Below are positions 17,739 through 28,124 of a stretch of 64,000 bases of DNA, in pieces (position 1 is the first letter of the stretch; each line of letters opens with the position of its first letter). The position numbers were made by a program, and so were the translations under genes. This DNA comes from Spirochaetia bacterium. GTDB taxonomy: Bacteria; Spirochaetota; Spirochaetia; CAKZLE01. The notes under the pieces were generated by a model that worked only from the letters and a program-made list of their open reading frames with translations, did no database searches and was not told where the DNA came from. The stretch spans positions 1,920,001 to 1,984,000 of the forward strand of contig OY782041.1 in the NCBI GenBank assembly GCA_963677595.1, written 5' to 3'.

Positions 17739-18755
17739 CTATTTCAGGCTGGCCCTTCTGACCAGCGTACTTCCGATACAGACCTTCTCATAGGGAAGCT
17801 CCTCTTGCATTGCGATACGGCGCAGCAGCAGACCGGCTGCCTTCCTGCTGATGCTCTTCTTCGACACCTCAATCGATGCGAGCGGGGGGTCGGTCACCTG
17901 GCTCGAGAGCAGGTTGTCAAACCCGATCACGGAGACTGCCTCAGGTACTGATATGCCCAGCTCCCTCAAGGCACGCAATGTCCCGTAGGCGATGATGTCG
18001 CAGACACAGAAGAGGGCGGAAGGAAGATCCCCCCTCTTACTCTTCAGCTGGGGCAGGATATCATCGAAGGAGTGGTCTATCGTGGAGTCTGCACAGAATA
18101 TCCACCGGCTTTCCACAGCTAATCCACAATGCTCCATGGCCTCATGGAAGTATTTCTCCCGCAGGGCGAAGTTCCGTGTCTTGTGGGAGGCGGTGACCAT
18201 CCCGATCTTCGTATGCCCCAACTCCTTGAATGTTTTCACGATGGAGTAAACTGCTCCTTCGTTGTCCATGTCGATGAAGTCGAAGGGGAGGCTGGGATGG
18301 GATGCGTCGATGAAGACCACGGGGAAGGGGGATGCACTGAAGCATTCCATCTCCTCACCGCTCAGCTCGGTAGCCAGGATGATGAGCCCGCTAAAACTGG
18401 AATCCTGCAGGTCGGATAGGATATCTGCAGGCTCGGTGGACTCGTAGTTCCGTACCTCGAGGGAGAATCCTTCCCTGCCGGCCTCCTGCTGTATCCCCTC
18501 GATGTAGTCGGAGATGAACTCGTTATGGTCCCGGTTGAGGATGTGCCCGTGCCGTACTACCTTGAGGAAGCAGAGCGTACCACGCCCATCCTCAAGCGTT
18601 CCCTTCCTCTGGTACCGGTAGCCGAGTGACTCTGCTGCCTCTAGGACGGTCTTCCGTGTCTTCTCCCCGATCCCGGAACGGTTGTTCAGGACGAGGGAGA
18701 CGGTGGCAGGGGATACTCCAGCTGTACGTGCTACATCACGGATCGTTGGTTTCAT
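17739..18755 (-). CDS. LacI-family transcriptional regulator
   Basis: 'TIRDVARTAGVSPATVSLVLN' HTH plus periplasmic-binding-like domain; start moved to ATG 18755. Confidence 0.92.
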   Translation of the reverse strand: MKPTIRDVARTAGVSPATVSLVLNNRSGIGEKTRKTVLEAAESLGYRYQRKGTLEDGRGTLCFLKVVRHGHILNRDHNEFISDYIEGIQQEAGREGFSLEVRNYESTEPADILSDLQDSSFSGLIILATELSGEEMECFSASPFPVVFIDASHPSLPFDFIDMDNEGAVYSIVKTFKELGHTKIGMVTASHKTRNFALREKYFHEAMEHCGLAVESRWIFCADSTIDHSFDDILPQLKSKRGDLPSALFCVCDIIAYGTLRALRELGISVPEAVSVIGFDNLLSSQVTDPPLASIEVSKKSISRKAAGLLLRRIAMQEELPYEKVCIGSTLVRRASLK

Positions 18756-18762
18756 GGATGGT

Positions 18763-18815
18763 ATAGTACAATGGAATGAGTGATCTGTCAAATTGTTTAG
18801 TGAATGTTTACTAAA
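18763..18815 (-). promoter_or_regulatory. Promoter of the LacI-rbsK unit and LacI-type operator
   Basis: TTGACA(18786-91)-17 bp-TACTAT(18763-68); palindrome TTTAGTGAAT|GTTTACTAAA at 18796-18815. Confidence 0.65.
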
Positions 18816-20023
18816 TAATCAGCTGCCAGCTTTGCCGTAGCCCATGCTGCCTGGAGGTTGTAACCCCCCGTGTCTCCATCAAAATCAAGGATCTCTCCGG
18901 CAAAGAAGAGGCTGGGGATGAGCCTTGATTCCATGGTCGATCTGTTCACTTCCTGCAGGGAAACACCCCCAGCTGTTGCCATGGCAGAGGAGAAGTAGCC
19001 CTTCCTCGAGACTTCGAGCGGGTAGGCTGTAAGCAGGCTTACCAGCTGCTTCCGTCGCTTCTTGTCGAGCTCAGAGCAGGGGAGGTCTGCAGGGATACCC
19101 ACCTCACCGAGCACGGTCTCTGCGAGCTTCTGGAAGAGACCGAACGTCTTCAGGACAGTAGAGACCTGCTTCCTTGGTTCCGAAGTCAGGGACTTCTGCA
19201 GCTCCGTCCTGGAGTGCTCCCTGTTTGTCGTGGGGACCAGCGATATGACCAGACGGTCACCGGAGGTGATGAATCGTGAGTTGTTGAGGATCACCGGGCC
19301 TGATACCCCCTTGTGGGTGAAGAGGAGGTCTCCCTGAGCATGGTGGTATCGTTTTGTCTCACCCTTCCGGAAGAACTCGACATACGAATCGCGTATCGAA
19401 TTGCCTGAGAGGGTGGCAAGGTGGTAGTCCTGCACATGGACACCGACGAGTGCCTGGGTCGGCTCGACGATCGAGTGGCCCAGGGCCTTCGCCAGGGCAT
19501 ACCCTGACCCGTCAGAACCAGTCGTCTCATAACTCTTCCCGCCGGTCGTGATCACGAGGCTTCGTGATGTGTACTCTGCATCATGGGTCCGGACGGTGAA
19601 GGTATGGTCCGTATGGGTGATCCCTGCGATTCTCTGGTTGTACTCGATCTCTATCCCGTTCGAGCGGGCAGTATCAACGAGGAGGTCCACCACCGACTGG
19701 GCTTTCTGGGTCACGGGAAAGACCTTGCCGTCGTGTCTGATGGAAAGCAGCAGCCCACGGTCTGTGAACCACTGCTGTGCAGAAGCTGTGGAAAAGTTCA
19801 TGAGGGCGGGTTTTAGGAAGTTTGCCTGCTTCCTGGAACCAAAATGAGTGAGGAAGGTATCGGTCTCATCGGTGTTGGTGAGGTTGCACATCCCGCTGCC
19901 GGTAATGAGGAGCTTCTTTCCCGGGCTCTCCATCTTCTCCAAGAGGAGTACTCTCTTATGGGGTATGTTCGCTGCAAGGAAGAGGCCTGCAGCCCCTGCC
20001 CCGATGATGATGACGTCGTACAT
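18797..20023 (-). CDS. HI0933/BaiN-family flavoprotein
   Basis: 'GAGAAG', 'GKKLLITGSGMCNLTN', 'TGGKSY..TGSDGSGY', 'FAGEILDFDGDTGGYNLQAAW'; start moved to ATG 20023. Confidence 0.9.
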   Translation of the reverse strand: MYDVIIIGAGAAGLFLAANIPHKRVLLLEKMESPGKKLLITGSGMCNLTNTDETDTFLTHFGSRKQANFLKPALMNFSTASAQQWFTDRGLLLSIRHDGKVFPVTQKAQSVVDLLVDTARSNGIEIEYNQRIAGITHTDHTFTVRTHDAEYTSRSLVITTGGKSYETTGSDGSGYALAKALGHSIVEPTQALVGVHVQDYHLATLSGNSIRDSYVEFFRKGETKRYHHAQGDLLFTHKGVSGPVILNNSRFITSGDRLVISLVPTTNREHSRTELQKSLTSEPRKQVSTVLKTFGLFQKLAETVLGEVGIPADLPCSELDKKRRKQLVSLLTAYPLEVSRKGYFSSAMATAGGVSLQEVNRSTMESRLIPSLFFAGEILDFDGDTGGYNLQAAWATAKLAADYLVNIH

Positions 20024-20204
20024 ATGGACAGCATAGCATATGGGCAGGTCCTTCCAAACCGGTAATCCTGAATACAGGTCTCTTTTATGGATGAATACAA
20101 CAGATTTACATCTTGTTTTATTTTCCACACCCAAAAAATTCAGTTTAGATTTATTATTATTTTTCTTGACAGGAGGAAAATCCGAGTGATAACATAGCCA
20201 ACGT

Positions 20205-20262
20205 AGAAAAACGAAAAAAAAAGAAAATAAAAGTTTACAACCGAAAATATGTGTGGTAATCT
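20205..20262 (+). promoter_or_regulatory. Promoter of the sugar ABC operon with candidate DeoR operator
   Basis: TTTACA(20234-39)-17 bp-TAATCT with extended TG; GAAAATAAAAGTT at 20223-35. Confidence 0.55.
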
Positions 20263-20382
20263 GTAATGGTGGATGGGGGGACATCCAGTCTTGATGAAAT
20301 TTATAGCCTGCAGGAGCAGACTATGAGTGATAAATACACCGGATTATTTCGGTGGAAGATCGATTCCAGAAAGGAGAAAAGA

Positions 20383-21330
20383 ATGAGAAAGGTATTGCTT
20401 ATTGCTTTGATCTTGGTGATCAGCACAGCAACAGTCTTCGCTGGTGGACAGAGTGAGAATTCAGGGAAAGATGATGGACTGCTAATCGGTGCAGTCTTCG
20501 CAGATTTAGGAAATACGGCTTATGTGAACATGGGTAAAGCCATGGCTGCAAAGGCAGAGAGCTATGGCGGTAAGGTGATCCTGAAGGATACCGGAGGAGA
20601 TGCCGGGACTCTCGTAGAAGTCATCGAGAACTTCATCATCGCTGGTTGTGACGTGATCGTGGAACAGAACTCAGACCAGCAGATCACTGAGGATGTGAAC
20701 CAGCGTGCACGTGATGCAGGTATCAATATCATCTCCTTTGATGCTGAGATGGATCTTGCTGATGTCTCGTACCTCGCTGACAACTATGACCTTGGCTACA
20801 TGATCGGTTCCATGGCAGGGGATTGGATCACTGAAGCTCTTGGCGGAGAGGCAAAATTAGGTCTGCTGACTGCAAGGGCATATGACTTCATCCTGGTCCG
20901 ACAGGCAGGGATCGAGGCAGGGCTTGCTGATACAGCTCCAAACGCCGAGATCGTCATCTCTGCTGATGCAGTGACTGTCGTAGATGGAACAGATGTATCT
21001 GAGAGCTTTCTGCAGGCAGTTCCGGACCTGAATGGGATCGTTGGTATCAATGACTCTGTAGTCCTTGGTGCATATGAAGCATTCAAGTCAGCTGGAAGGG
21101 TCGGAGACGATGTAGGCTTATTCGCTTGTGACGGTACGACCGAGGGTCTTGCAGCTGTTGCTGAGGGAAGCATCCACCGGGGTACGGTCTCCCTCCACCT
21201 GAACAAAGTCGGTGAGTTGATGGTTGATGATGCATTGGCCATGAAGAATGGGGAAACTATCTCAGAACATATCAAGTACTTCCCGCTCGAGCAGGTCACG
21301 ATTGATAATGTTGATGAGTTTATTGAATAA
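20383..21330 (+). CDS. Monosaccharide/polyol ABC transporter substrate-binding protein (RbsB-like)
   Basis: Start moved to ATG 20383 (RBS AAGGAG); signal 'MRKVLLIAL...VFAGGQSE'; type I periplasmic-binding motifs 'SFD', 'GIND', 'DG'. Confidence 0.9.
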   Translation: MRKVLLIALILVISTATVFAGGQSENSGKDDGLLIGAVFADLGNTAYVNMGKAMAAKAESYGGKVILKDTGGDAGTLVEVIENFIIAGCDVIVEQNSDQQITEDVNQRARDAGINIISFDAEMDLADVSYLADNYDLGYMIGSMAGDWITEALGGEAKLGLLTARAYDFILVRQAGIEAGLADTAPNAEIVISADAVTVVDGTDVSESFLQAVPDLNGIVGINDSVVLGAYEAFKSAGRVGDDVGLFACDGTTEGLAAVAEGSIHRGTVSLHLNKVGELMVDDALAMKNGETISEHIKYFPLEQVTIDNVDEFIE

Positions 21331-21351
21331 CACCGTACTTGCATAATACCA

Positions 21352-21395
21352 TACATAGAGAGAGGGATCCTGTAGTGACTTCCTCTCTCTATGTA
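21352..21395 (+). terminator. Stem-loop after the SBP gene
   Basis: TACATAGAGAGAGG...CCTCTCTCTATGTA inverted repeat. Confidence 0.65.
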
Positions 21396-21440
21396 CGATT
21401 AAAGAAATAGCCGGTTTACAACTTGCTTGGAGATTATGTT

Positions 21441-22937
21441 TTGGAAAACAGCATCCTGAAGATCAGTAATATAACGAAAGAATATCCTGGAGTCAAAGCC
21501 CTGGATAACGTATCTATCGACATCACCGAAGGCGAGATCCATGCGTTGGTGGGCGAGAACGGAGCTGGGAAATCTACCCTCATCAAATTGATCTCCGGGG
21601 CAATCACCCCGGAAGAGGGGACTATCGAGATCGATGGGAAGATCTATAATTCCATGAACCCGCATCTGTCACGAGAATTGGGTATTGAGGTGATCTATCA
21701 GGAATTCACGTTAATACCAAGTTTGTCGGTGGCTGAGAATATCTTCATGGGGAGTTATCCTGGGAACAAGGTAACCATAGATTTTGCCGAGATGGAAAGA
21801 AAGACCAGGGAAGTGTTCCGCCTTATGCAGGTGGACATAGATCCCAACACCATCGTGAAAGACCTCACGGTCGCATATATGCAGCTCGTTGAGATCGCCA
21901 AGGCCATCTCGAAGAATGTCAGGATCCTGGTCATGGATGAGCCTACAGCGCCGTTGACGACCAATGAAGTCGATATCCTGCTGAAGCTTGTCAAGACGCT
22001 GCAGAAACAGGGAGTCTCAATCATATATGTGTCACATCGGCTCAATGAGATCTATGAGCTCTCGAACAGATTGACGATCTTCAGGGATGGGAACAAGATC
22101 GGGACGTTCGTGACCAAGGATATCTCAAGGAATGAACTGGTCAAGCAGATGGTGGGCCGGGAACTGAATGATACCTTCCCAAAACGGACTCACGCGTTAG
22201 GCGACGAGATCCTGAAGGTCGAGAATATATCAGGTCCAGGGGCTTCGGACATCAGCTTCTCACTGAAGAAGGGAGAGATCCTTGGGGTTGCCGGCCTCGT
22301 CGGTGCCGGCCGTACAGAGATGGCACGTCTGATCTTCGGTGCCGAGAGACTGTATTCCGGACAGATCATCCTTGATGGGAAGCCCGTTATGGTCAAGAGT
22401 CCAAAGGATGCATTGAAACTCGGGATAGGGCTTGTTCCCGAAGACCGGAAACGGCATGGGGTCATCCTCAACCTCTCGGTCAGGAATAATATCACGCTCT
22501 CCATACTTCAGAGGATCTCCAGGTTTACAGTCATCAAACGCCCGATGGAGGATTCAGTGATCAAGGAGCATAAGAGTGCCCTGTCCATCAAGACACCTTC
22601 CTTTGCCCAGAAAGTACAGAACCTGAGCGGGGGAAACCAGCAGAAAGTCGTCTTGAGTAAATGGCTGGCAAGCAAATCGAAAGTCCTGATCTTTGATGAA
22701 CCTACGAGAGGAATAGATGTCGGTGCTAAGCAGGAGATCTATCACCTGATCAACAGGCTTTCCGAAGAAGGGCTGGCGATCATCATGATCTCCTCTGAGC
22801 TTGAAGAAGTCATAGGTATGTCGGACCGGATCATGGTCCTCAGTGAAGGCCGTTTCTCCGGTATGGTAGAGAAAGAGAATTTTACACAGGAATATATTAT
22901 GGGTCTCGCGTCTGAAGAATTCGAGGCTAAGGAGTAG
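21441..22937 (+). CDS. Sugar ABC transporter ATP-binding protein (RbsA/MglA-like)
   Basis: 'GENGAGKST', 'DEPT' twice, 'LSGGNQQK'; likely TTG start at 21441 after GGAG. Confidence 0.95.
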   Translation: MENSILKISNITKEYPGVKALDNVSIDITEGEIHALVGENGAGKSTLIKLISGAITPEEGTIEIDGKIYNSMNPHLSRELGIEVIYQEFTLIPSLSVAENIFMGSYPGNKVTIDFAEMERKTREVFRLMQVDIDPNTIVKDLTVAYMQLVEIAKAISKNVRILVMDEPTAPLTTNEVDILLKLVKTLQKQGVSIIYVSHRLNEIYELSNRLTIFRDGNKIGTFVTKDISRNELVKQMVGRELNDTFPKRTHALGDEILKVENISGPGASDISFSLKKGEILGVAGLVGAGRTEMARLIFGAERLYSGQIILDGKPVMVKSPKDALKLGIGLVPEDRKRHGVILNLSVRNNITLSILQRISRFTVIKRPMEDSVIKEHKSALSIKTPSFAQKVQNLSGGNQQKVVLSKWLASKSKVLIFDEPTRGIDVGAKQEIYHLINRLSEEGLAIIMISSELEEVIGMSDRIMVLSEGRFSGMVEKENFTQEYIMGLASEEFEAKE

Positions 22938-22942
22938 AAGAG

Positions 22943-23920
22943 ATGGCCAACAAGCTAAATGCAAAGAATATACTGAAAGAATCAGCTGTGCTTATTGTAC
23001 TCATTGTCATGTGCATAGTATTCGCCATACTTGCGCCGAATTTCAGGACGTTCGCCAACTTGATCACGGTACTGCGGCAGATATCCATGCTTGGGATCGT
23101 GTCTGTAGGTATGATGTTCGTCCTCATCTCGGGCGGGATCGACTTGAGTGTCGGATCGATGCTCTCCATCGTAGGTGTTGTCACCTCCATGTCTGTCGTG
23201 AACTGGGGACTTAACCCTGCCTTGAGCATCATCATCGGGCTGCTGGTTGGGACCGGGCTCGGCCTCTGGAATGGGTATATCATAACCAGTACGGGTATGC
23301 CTCCCATGATTGCTACCCTCGGGATGCAGATCCTGATCCGGGGCTTGGGATTCATCATCTGCGGCGGCGCCTCAGTGTACGGTCTCCCAAAAAGCTACAA
23401 GTTCTTCGGCCAGGGATACCTCGGGCCGATACCTATTCCCGTGATCTTCATGATCGTGATCCTCGTCATCAGCGGGTTCGTTTTGAACAGGACCTATATC
23501 GGGCGGTATTTCTATGCGGTAGGAAGTAATAAGGAAGCCACCAGGCTTTCTGGGCTGGATACCAAGAAGATCCAGATCCTAGCGTATACGGCAAGCGGTT
23601 TCCTGACGGCTATTGCCGGTATCATCATGATGTCGAGGGTCAACTCAGGACAGCCGAAAGCCGGGGACGGGTTTGAGATGGATGTCCTTACAGCCTGTGT
23701 CGTCGGCGGGGTGAGTATCAGCGGTGGTGAAGGTAAGATAACCAATGTCCTCGTTGGGGCCCTGATCATCGGTGTCCTGTCGAACGGTCTTATCATCGTC
23801 GGAGTCAGTGAGTACTGGCAGCAGGTTGCCAAGGGTGCCGTCCTGGTTGCAGCGGTAGGGTTTGACAGTATCCAGAGACTGACCAAGACGAAGAAGCAGA
23901 AAGTCATAGCGGCTGCCTGA
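22943..23920 (+). CDS. Sugar ABC transporter permease (RbsC-like)
   Basis: 'GGIDLSVG', 'GRYFYAVGSNKEATRLSG', 'VVGGVSISGG'. Confidence 0.95.
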   Translation: MANKLNAKNILKESAVLIVLIVMCIVFAILAPNFRTFANLITVLRQISMLGIVSVGMMFVLISGGIDLSVGSMLSIVGVVTSMSVVNWGLNPALSIIIGLLVGTGLGLWNGYIITSTGMPPMIATLGMQILIRGLGFIICGGASVYGLPKSYKFFGQGYLGPIPIPVIFMIVILVISGFVLNRTYIGRYFYAVGSNKEATRLSGLDTKKIQILAYTASGFLTAIAGIIMMSRVNSGQPKAGDGFEMDVLTACVVGGVSISGGEGKITNVLVGALIIGVLSNGLIIVGVSEYWQQVAKGAVLVAAVGFDSIQRLTKTKKQKVIAAA

Positions 23921-23945
23921 GAAGCGAAACCTGAAGGAACGAACC

Positions 23946-25370
23946 ATGATCAATGCATTGGAGCAGATTCCGACAACTGAAGTCTCCCATCCCTTCTGTA
24001 CGGCTAGAGAGAAGTGCCATCTCAGGGAAGCAGGATATATCGAAGAGGAATACTTCCTGGCCGGCGTGTCTAATGTCTACGGCTGGGAAGGAGAGAAGAA
24101 AACGATCCTGTATAAGGATGCTCCCTATACGAACAGGCTAATCGTACGGAAGCCTGAGCGCATTGAGAACTTCAGCGGGAATGTGGTGGTCGAGATCCTG
24201 AATTCGACAAGCTTCATTGACTTTGACCGAGTCTGGGTCCTGACCCGGAAGCACCTGATGCGTAACGGGGATATTTACATTGGGATCACAAGCAAGCCGA
24301 ATGTGATTCCAGCCATGCTGAGGTTCGACCATGATCGGTACCATAGGTTGAGCTGGCAGAATCCGCTTCCTTCGCAATTGCCTGATATAGAACTGGGGAA
24401 TATGAGGGGGGCTTCCGCTCCAGAGACCGAGGATGGGTTGTTCTGGGATATGCTCCTCGACCTTGCAGGGTTTCTCCGGGATCCGGAGAACAGCCTGCTG
24501 GCTGAATATGGTCCCTATTTCCAGTACCTTGCCGGCTGGTCACAGTCAGGGGCGTATATGATCCGGTTTCTCAATGATTTTGCCTATGCTGAAGAGCGGG
24601 ACGTCCCGCTCTTCGATGGGTATTACTCCTGCGGCAGTGCAAGCTCATGTCTTCCCGACCTGAACCAGAATTACGGCAGGACCGCTATGGAGCAGTCAAG
24701 AAAGATCAGGCATTGCTATCAGCCCTTTATTGAGATCCATACGGAGAGTGAGAACCAGTTATGGGGAAACGATGAGGCAAGGGGTGAGGACAGTGATGCA
24801 GAAGATATGAAGTACCGGGTCTATGATATCCCCGGGGCTTCACATGATACGAAGAGCACGATGATCGATTACTATATCGGTGATGTGGATGTATACAAAG
24901 GCGGGATAGTACCGAACTACCCGGGTAAAGAGCTCCACCCGAATGATTTCCCCTCTGAACTGGTATTCCATGCAGGGCTTGAGATGCTGTATGCATGGAC
25001 CCGGGAGGGGATCGCTCCCCCTGTCTTATCCCCGATAGAGGTAGATGAAAAGGGTGAGAACTGCAAGGATGCACTGGGAAACAGCAAGGGAGGATGGCGG
25101 CTGCCAGCGATCGAGGAACCTCTCTGTGTGTACCATACCCAGTGTACTCCCCTGCAGCCTGATCTTGCGTTCGCCGCCACCTTGTTCGGGTATGATGAAC
25201 CGTTTCCCATTGAACGCCTGACGGCACTGCATGGGGACCTGGCAGCGTATCAGAAGAAGATCTCTGATGCTGCCGGGAAATGTATAGAGCAGGGGCTGCT
25301 CCTTGAAGCGGATAAGGACACCTGTATTGAGTATGTTGTTTCCAAGGCCCGTGAATACGGCCTGAGGTGA
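23946..25370 (+). CDS. Alpha/beta-hydrolase domain protein of unknown function
   Basis: Nucleophile-elbow-like 'GWSQSG', 'GYIEEEYFLAG', 'FSGNVVVE', 'GNSKGGWRLP'. Confidence 0.7.
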   Translation: MINALEQIPTTEVSHPFCTAREKCHLREAGYIEEEYFLAGVSNVYGWEGEKKTILYKDAPYTNRLIVRKPERIENFSGNVVVEILNSTSFIDFDRVWVLTRKHLMRNGDIYIGITSKPNVIPAMLRFDHDRYHRLSWQNPLPSQLPDIELGNMRGASAPETEDGLFWDMLLDLAGFLRDPENSLLAEYGPYFQYLAGWSQSGAYMIRFLNDFAYAEERDVPLFDGYYSCGSASSCLPDLNQNYGRTAMEQSRKIRHCYQPFIEIHTESENQLWGNDEARGEDSDAEDMKYRVYDIPGASHDTKSTMIDYYIGDVDVYKGGIVPNYPGKELHPNDFPSELVFHAGLEMLYAWTREGIAPPVLSPIEVDEKGENCKDALGNSKGGWRLPAIEEPLCVYHTQCTPLQPDLAFAATLFGYDEPFPIERLTALHGDLAAYQKKISDAAGKCIEQGLLLEADKDTCIEYVVSKAREYGLR

Positions 25371-25412
25371 GAAGGTATATAAGATTGATGATATGTCACA
25401 AGGAGGACGAGT

Positions 25413-26177
25413 ATGGATTTATTTGATTTGACAGATAAGGTCTGTCTGGTAACAGGAGCAGGGAGTGGTATTGGTCAGGCAATCGCTGTCGGACTTGCTG
25501 AATCCGGTGCGGATGTCGCCTGCCTCGACAGGAGTGATACTGAGAGTCTCGGTGAAACTGTGGCAAGAATAGAGAGTTCCGGCAGGAAAGCCTTGAAGAT
25601 CCTGGTTGATGTCACAAAGAAACAGGATATGATCGATGCAGTGGCTCAGATAGAATCCGAGCTCGGCCCGCTCGATGTCGCTGTGAATAGTGCAGGTATC
25701 GCCAATGCCAATCCGGCTGAGGAGATGGGTGAGGAGCAGTGGGACACGATGATCGATGTTGACTATAAAGGGGTCTTCCTCTCCTGCCAGGCTGAGGCGA
25801 ATGCCATGATGAAGAGGAAATCAGGATCGATCATAAATATCGCATCGATGTCCGGCGTGATCGTGAACAGGGGATTGCTTCAGGCCCATTACAATTCCGC
25901 AAAGGCTGCAGTCATCCATCTGACCAAGAGTCTTGCCATGGAGTGGGTTGACCGGGGTATCAGGGTGAATGCCATCAGTCCCGGGTATACGCTGTCTCCC
26001 ATGAACAAGAGGCCGGAAGTTGCAGATCAAAGAAAGATCTTCGAAGAGACCACCCCGATCGGGCGCATGGCTGAGGTCGATGAGATGGTCGGGCCGGCTA
26101 TCTTCCTGGCTGCCAAAGCTTCGTCGTTCTGTACCGGGGTGAATCTCCTGGTTGATGGAGGATTTGTCTGCTGGTAA
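25413..26177 (+). CDS. Short-chain dehydrogenase/reductase, polyol dehydrogenase-like
   Basis: 'TGAGSGIG', 'NSAG', catalytic 'YNSAK', 'VNRGLLQAHYN' subfamily signature. Confidence 0.9.
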   Translation: MDLFDLTDKVCLVTGAGSGIGQAIAVGLAESGADVACLDRSDTESLGETVARIESSGRKALKILVDVTKKQDMIDAVAQIESELGPLDVAVNSAGIANANPAEEMGEEQWDTMIDVDYKGVFLSCQAEANAMMKRKSGSIINIASMSGVIVNRGLLQAHYNSAKAAVIHLTKSLAMEWVDRGIRVNAISPGYTLSPMNKRPEVADQRKIFEETTPIGRMAEVDEMVGPAIFLAAKASSFCTGVNLLVDGGFVCW

Positions 26178-26264
26178 GAAAGTACAGAGATAATAAGGGG
26201 GAATAGGGATAACCATGGGAGATTTCTCTTTTCAATTTGGGTAGAACCTATTAGAATTAATGAA

Positions 26265-27056
26265 ATGAAAGAAAATAATACAAACAAAAGAGATCTACTA
26301 GCAAATGAACGAAGGATGAGCATCCTTGAATATATTCGTGAAGATGGGAGTGCCAGGGTAAAGGCCCTGAGTAAGGCATTCGGGGTGACTGAACCTACCA
26401 TCAGGCAGGATCTGGAAAAACTCGAGAATGATGGGTTCATCATCAGGGAGCATGGCGGAGCCTACTTGCGGTCCATGTCCCACCAGGTAGAGACGCTCAC
26501 CCTGGAACACTCTGAACATCTAGACCTGAAGCATCGTATTGCTATGAAGGCTATTTCTTTCATTTCCGACGGCGACAGCCTGATCATTGATTCAGGTTCT
26601 ACCATGACTGAGTTGTCTAAACTACTCGTTTCCAAGAAGAACCTTCGAGTGATCACGACAGCCCTGAATATTGCCCTGACCCTTGGGACCAACCCTTCGT
26701 GCCAATTGATGGTGACTGGGGGGGAATTCAAGCCGCCGACACTCTCCTTGACAGGTGAGAAGTCGGCAGAGTTCCTGAAGGATGTCTATGTTGACAAGGT
26801 CTTCCTTGCCTCCGGCGGTATATCCCAGAGTCTTGATCTGACCTATCCCACATTCAGTGACCTCCCGGTCAAGCATGCCATGATAGCATCGGCAAAGGAG
26901 ACGTTCGTCCTGATAGATTCTTCCAAGTTCGGGAAGGCATCCTTTGCTTCATTGGGGTCTATCTCACAGGTGGATTACCTGATCACTGATGACGGGATCG
27001 ATGAAGAATTCAAGAACTCGATCGAGAGTCTGGGAGTCAAAGTCATCATAGCCTGA
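26265..27056 (+). CDS. DeoR/GlpR-family transcriptional regulator
   Basis: 'GVTEPTIRQDLEKLE', 'HGGA', 'DSGST', 'DSSKFG'. Confidence 0.93.
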   Translation: MKENNTNKRDLLANERRMSILEYIREDGSARVKALSKAFGVTEPTIRQDLEKLENDGFIIREHGGAYLRSMSHQVETLTLEHSEHLDLKHRIAMKAISFISDGDSLIIDSGSTMTELSKLLVSKKNLRVITTALNIALTLGTNPSCQLMVTGGEFKPPTLSLTGEKSAEFLKDVYVDKVFLASGGISQSLDLTYPTFSDLPVKHAMIASAKETFVLIDSSKFGKASFASLGSISQVDYLITDDGIDEEFKNSIESLGVKVIIA

Positions 27057-27168
27057 TCGGGAATCCCTCGTTATCCTGCATATCGATCTCTCCTCATTGT
27101 TCTCCTGCATGATATAGGGGCTTTCTGTTTTTGTATTGTTAGCGAATAATAAAAAAAACAAAATAAAC

Positions 27169-27207
27169 GAAAATAAAAGTTGACATAAAAAAAATAAAAG
27201 TTATACT
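27169..27207 (+). promoter_or_regulatory. Promoter of the transketolase/kinase operon with candidate DeoR operator
   Basis: TTGACA(27180-85)-16 bp-TATACT(27202-07); GAAAATAAAAGTT 27169-81 and AAAATAAAAGTT 27191-202. Confidence 0.7.
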
Positions 27208-27284
27208 AGTATTAGAAAGAAAAAACAAAGAACGGTTCGAAAATTTACGATTTGACCATGTGTCATGAACGATAGGGTGATAAG

Positions 27285-28124
27285 ATGGATAAGGTGAATT
27301 TCTTAGAGTTGAAGGCTGCCCAGATACGGAAGGATCTTCTGAGCATGATCTATACCGCAAAGAGCGGGCATACCGGTGGGGCACTCTCGAGTGCGGACAT
27401 CCTGACTGTCCTCTACTATGATGTACTGAATATTGATCCCCAGAATCCGAAGGATCAGAATCGTGACCGGTTCGTCATGAGCAAGGGCCACAGTGTTGAA
27501 GGCCTGTATACGATCCTTGCGGACAAGGGGTTCTTTCCGAAAGAGGAACTCAAGACTTTCAACAGCTACCAGTCACGCCTGATCGGGCATCCTTCAGTCA
27601 AGGTTCCCGGCATCGAGCTGAACACCGGAGCCCTGGGACATGGGCTCCCCTGTTCGGTGGGGATGGCTCTTGCTGCGAAGAAGGATGACCTTGACGTCAA
27701 GGTCTACTGCGTGATGGGTGATGGAGAACAGGCCGAAGGGTCTGTCTGGGAGGCAGCCATGTCTGCCCCGAACTACAAGCTGGACAACCTCACCGCCATC
27801 ATCGACCGAAACCACCTGCAGATCAGCGGTAATACCGAGGATGTTATGAAGCTGGACAGCCTCGCAGCCAAATGGGAAGCCTTCGGCTGGGATGTGCGGC
27901 AGATAGACGGCCATGATATCAAACAGCTGCAGGAAACCCTGCATGGGGAGAGGGTCCCCGGTAAGCCCATGATGGTCATCGCGGAGACTACCAAGGGCAA
28001 GGGTGTGACCTTCATGGAAGATATCGCGAAATGGCATCATGGGGTCCCGTCTGAGGAACAGTTCAGCCAGGCGATGGCTGAGATAGATGCATATACCAAA
28101 GAGAGGCAGTCAGATGAGCAGTAA
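27285..28124 (+). CDS. aptA: Transketolase N-terminal subunit (apulose-4-phosphate transketolase AptA-like)
   Basis: 'SGHTGG', 'RDRFVMSKGH', 'TGALGHG', 'GDGEQAEG...N'; symbol inferred from context and partner. Confidence 0.7.
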   Translation: MDKVNFLELKAAQIRKDLLSMIYTAKSGHTGGALSSADILTVLYYDVLNIDPQNPKDQNRDRFVMSKGHSVEGLYTILADKGFFPKEELKTFNSYQSRLIGHPSVKVPGIELNTGALGHGLPCSVGMALAAKKDDLDVKVYCVMGDGEQAEGSVWEAAMSAPNYKLDNLTAIIDRNHLQISGNTEDVMKLDSLAAKWEAFGWDVRQIDGHDIKQLQETLHGERVPGKPMMVIAETTKGKGVTFMEDIAKWHHGVPSEEQFSQAMAEIDAYTKERQSDEQ

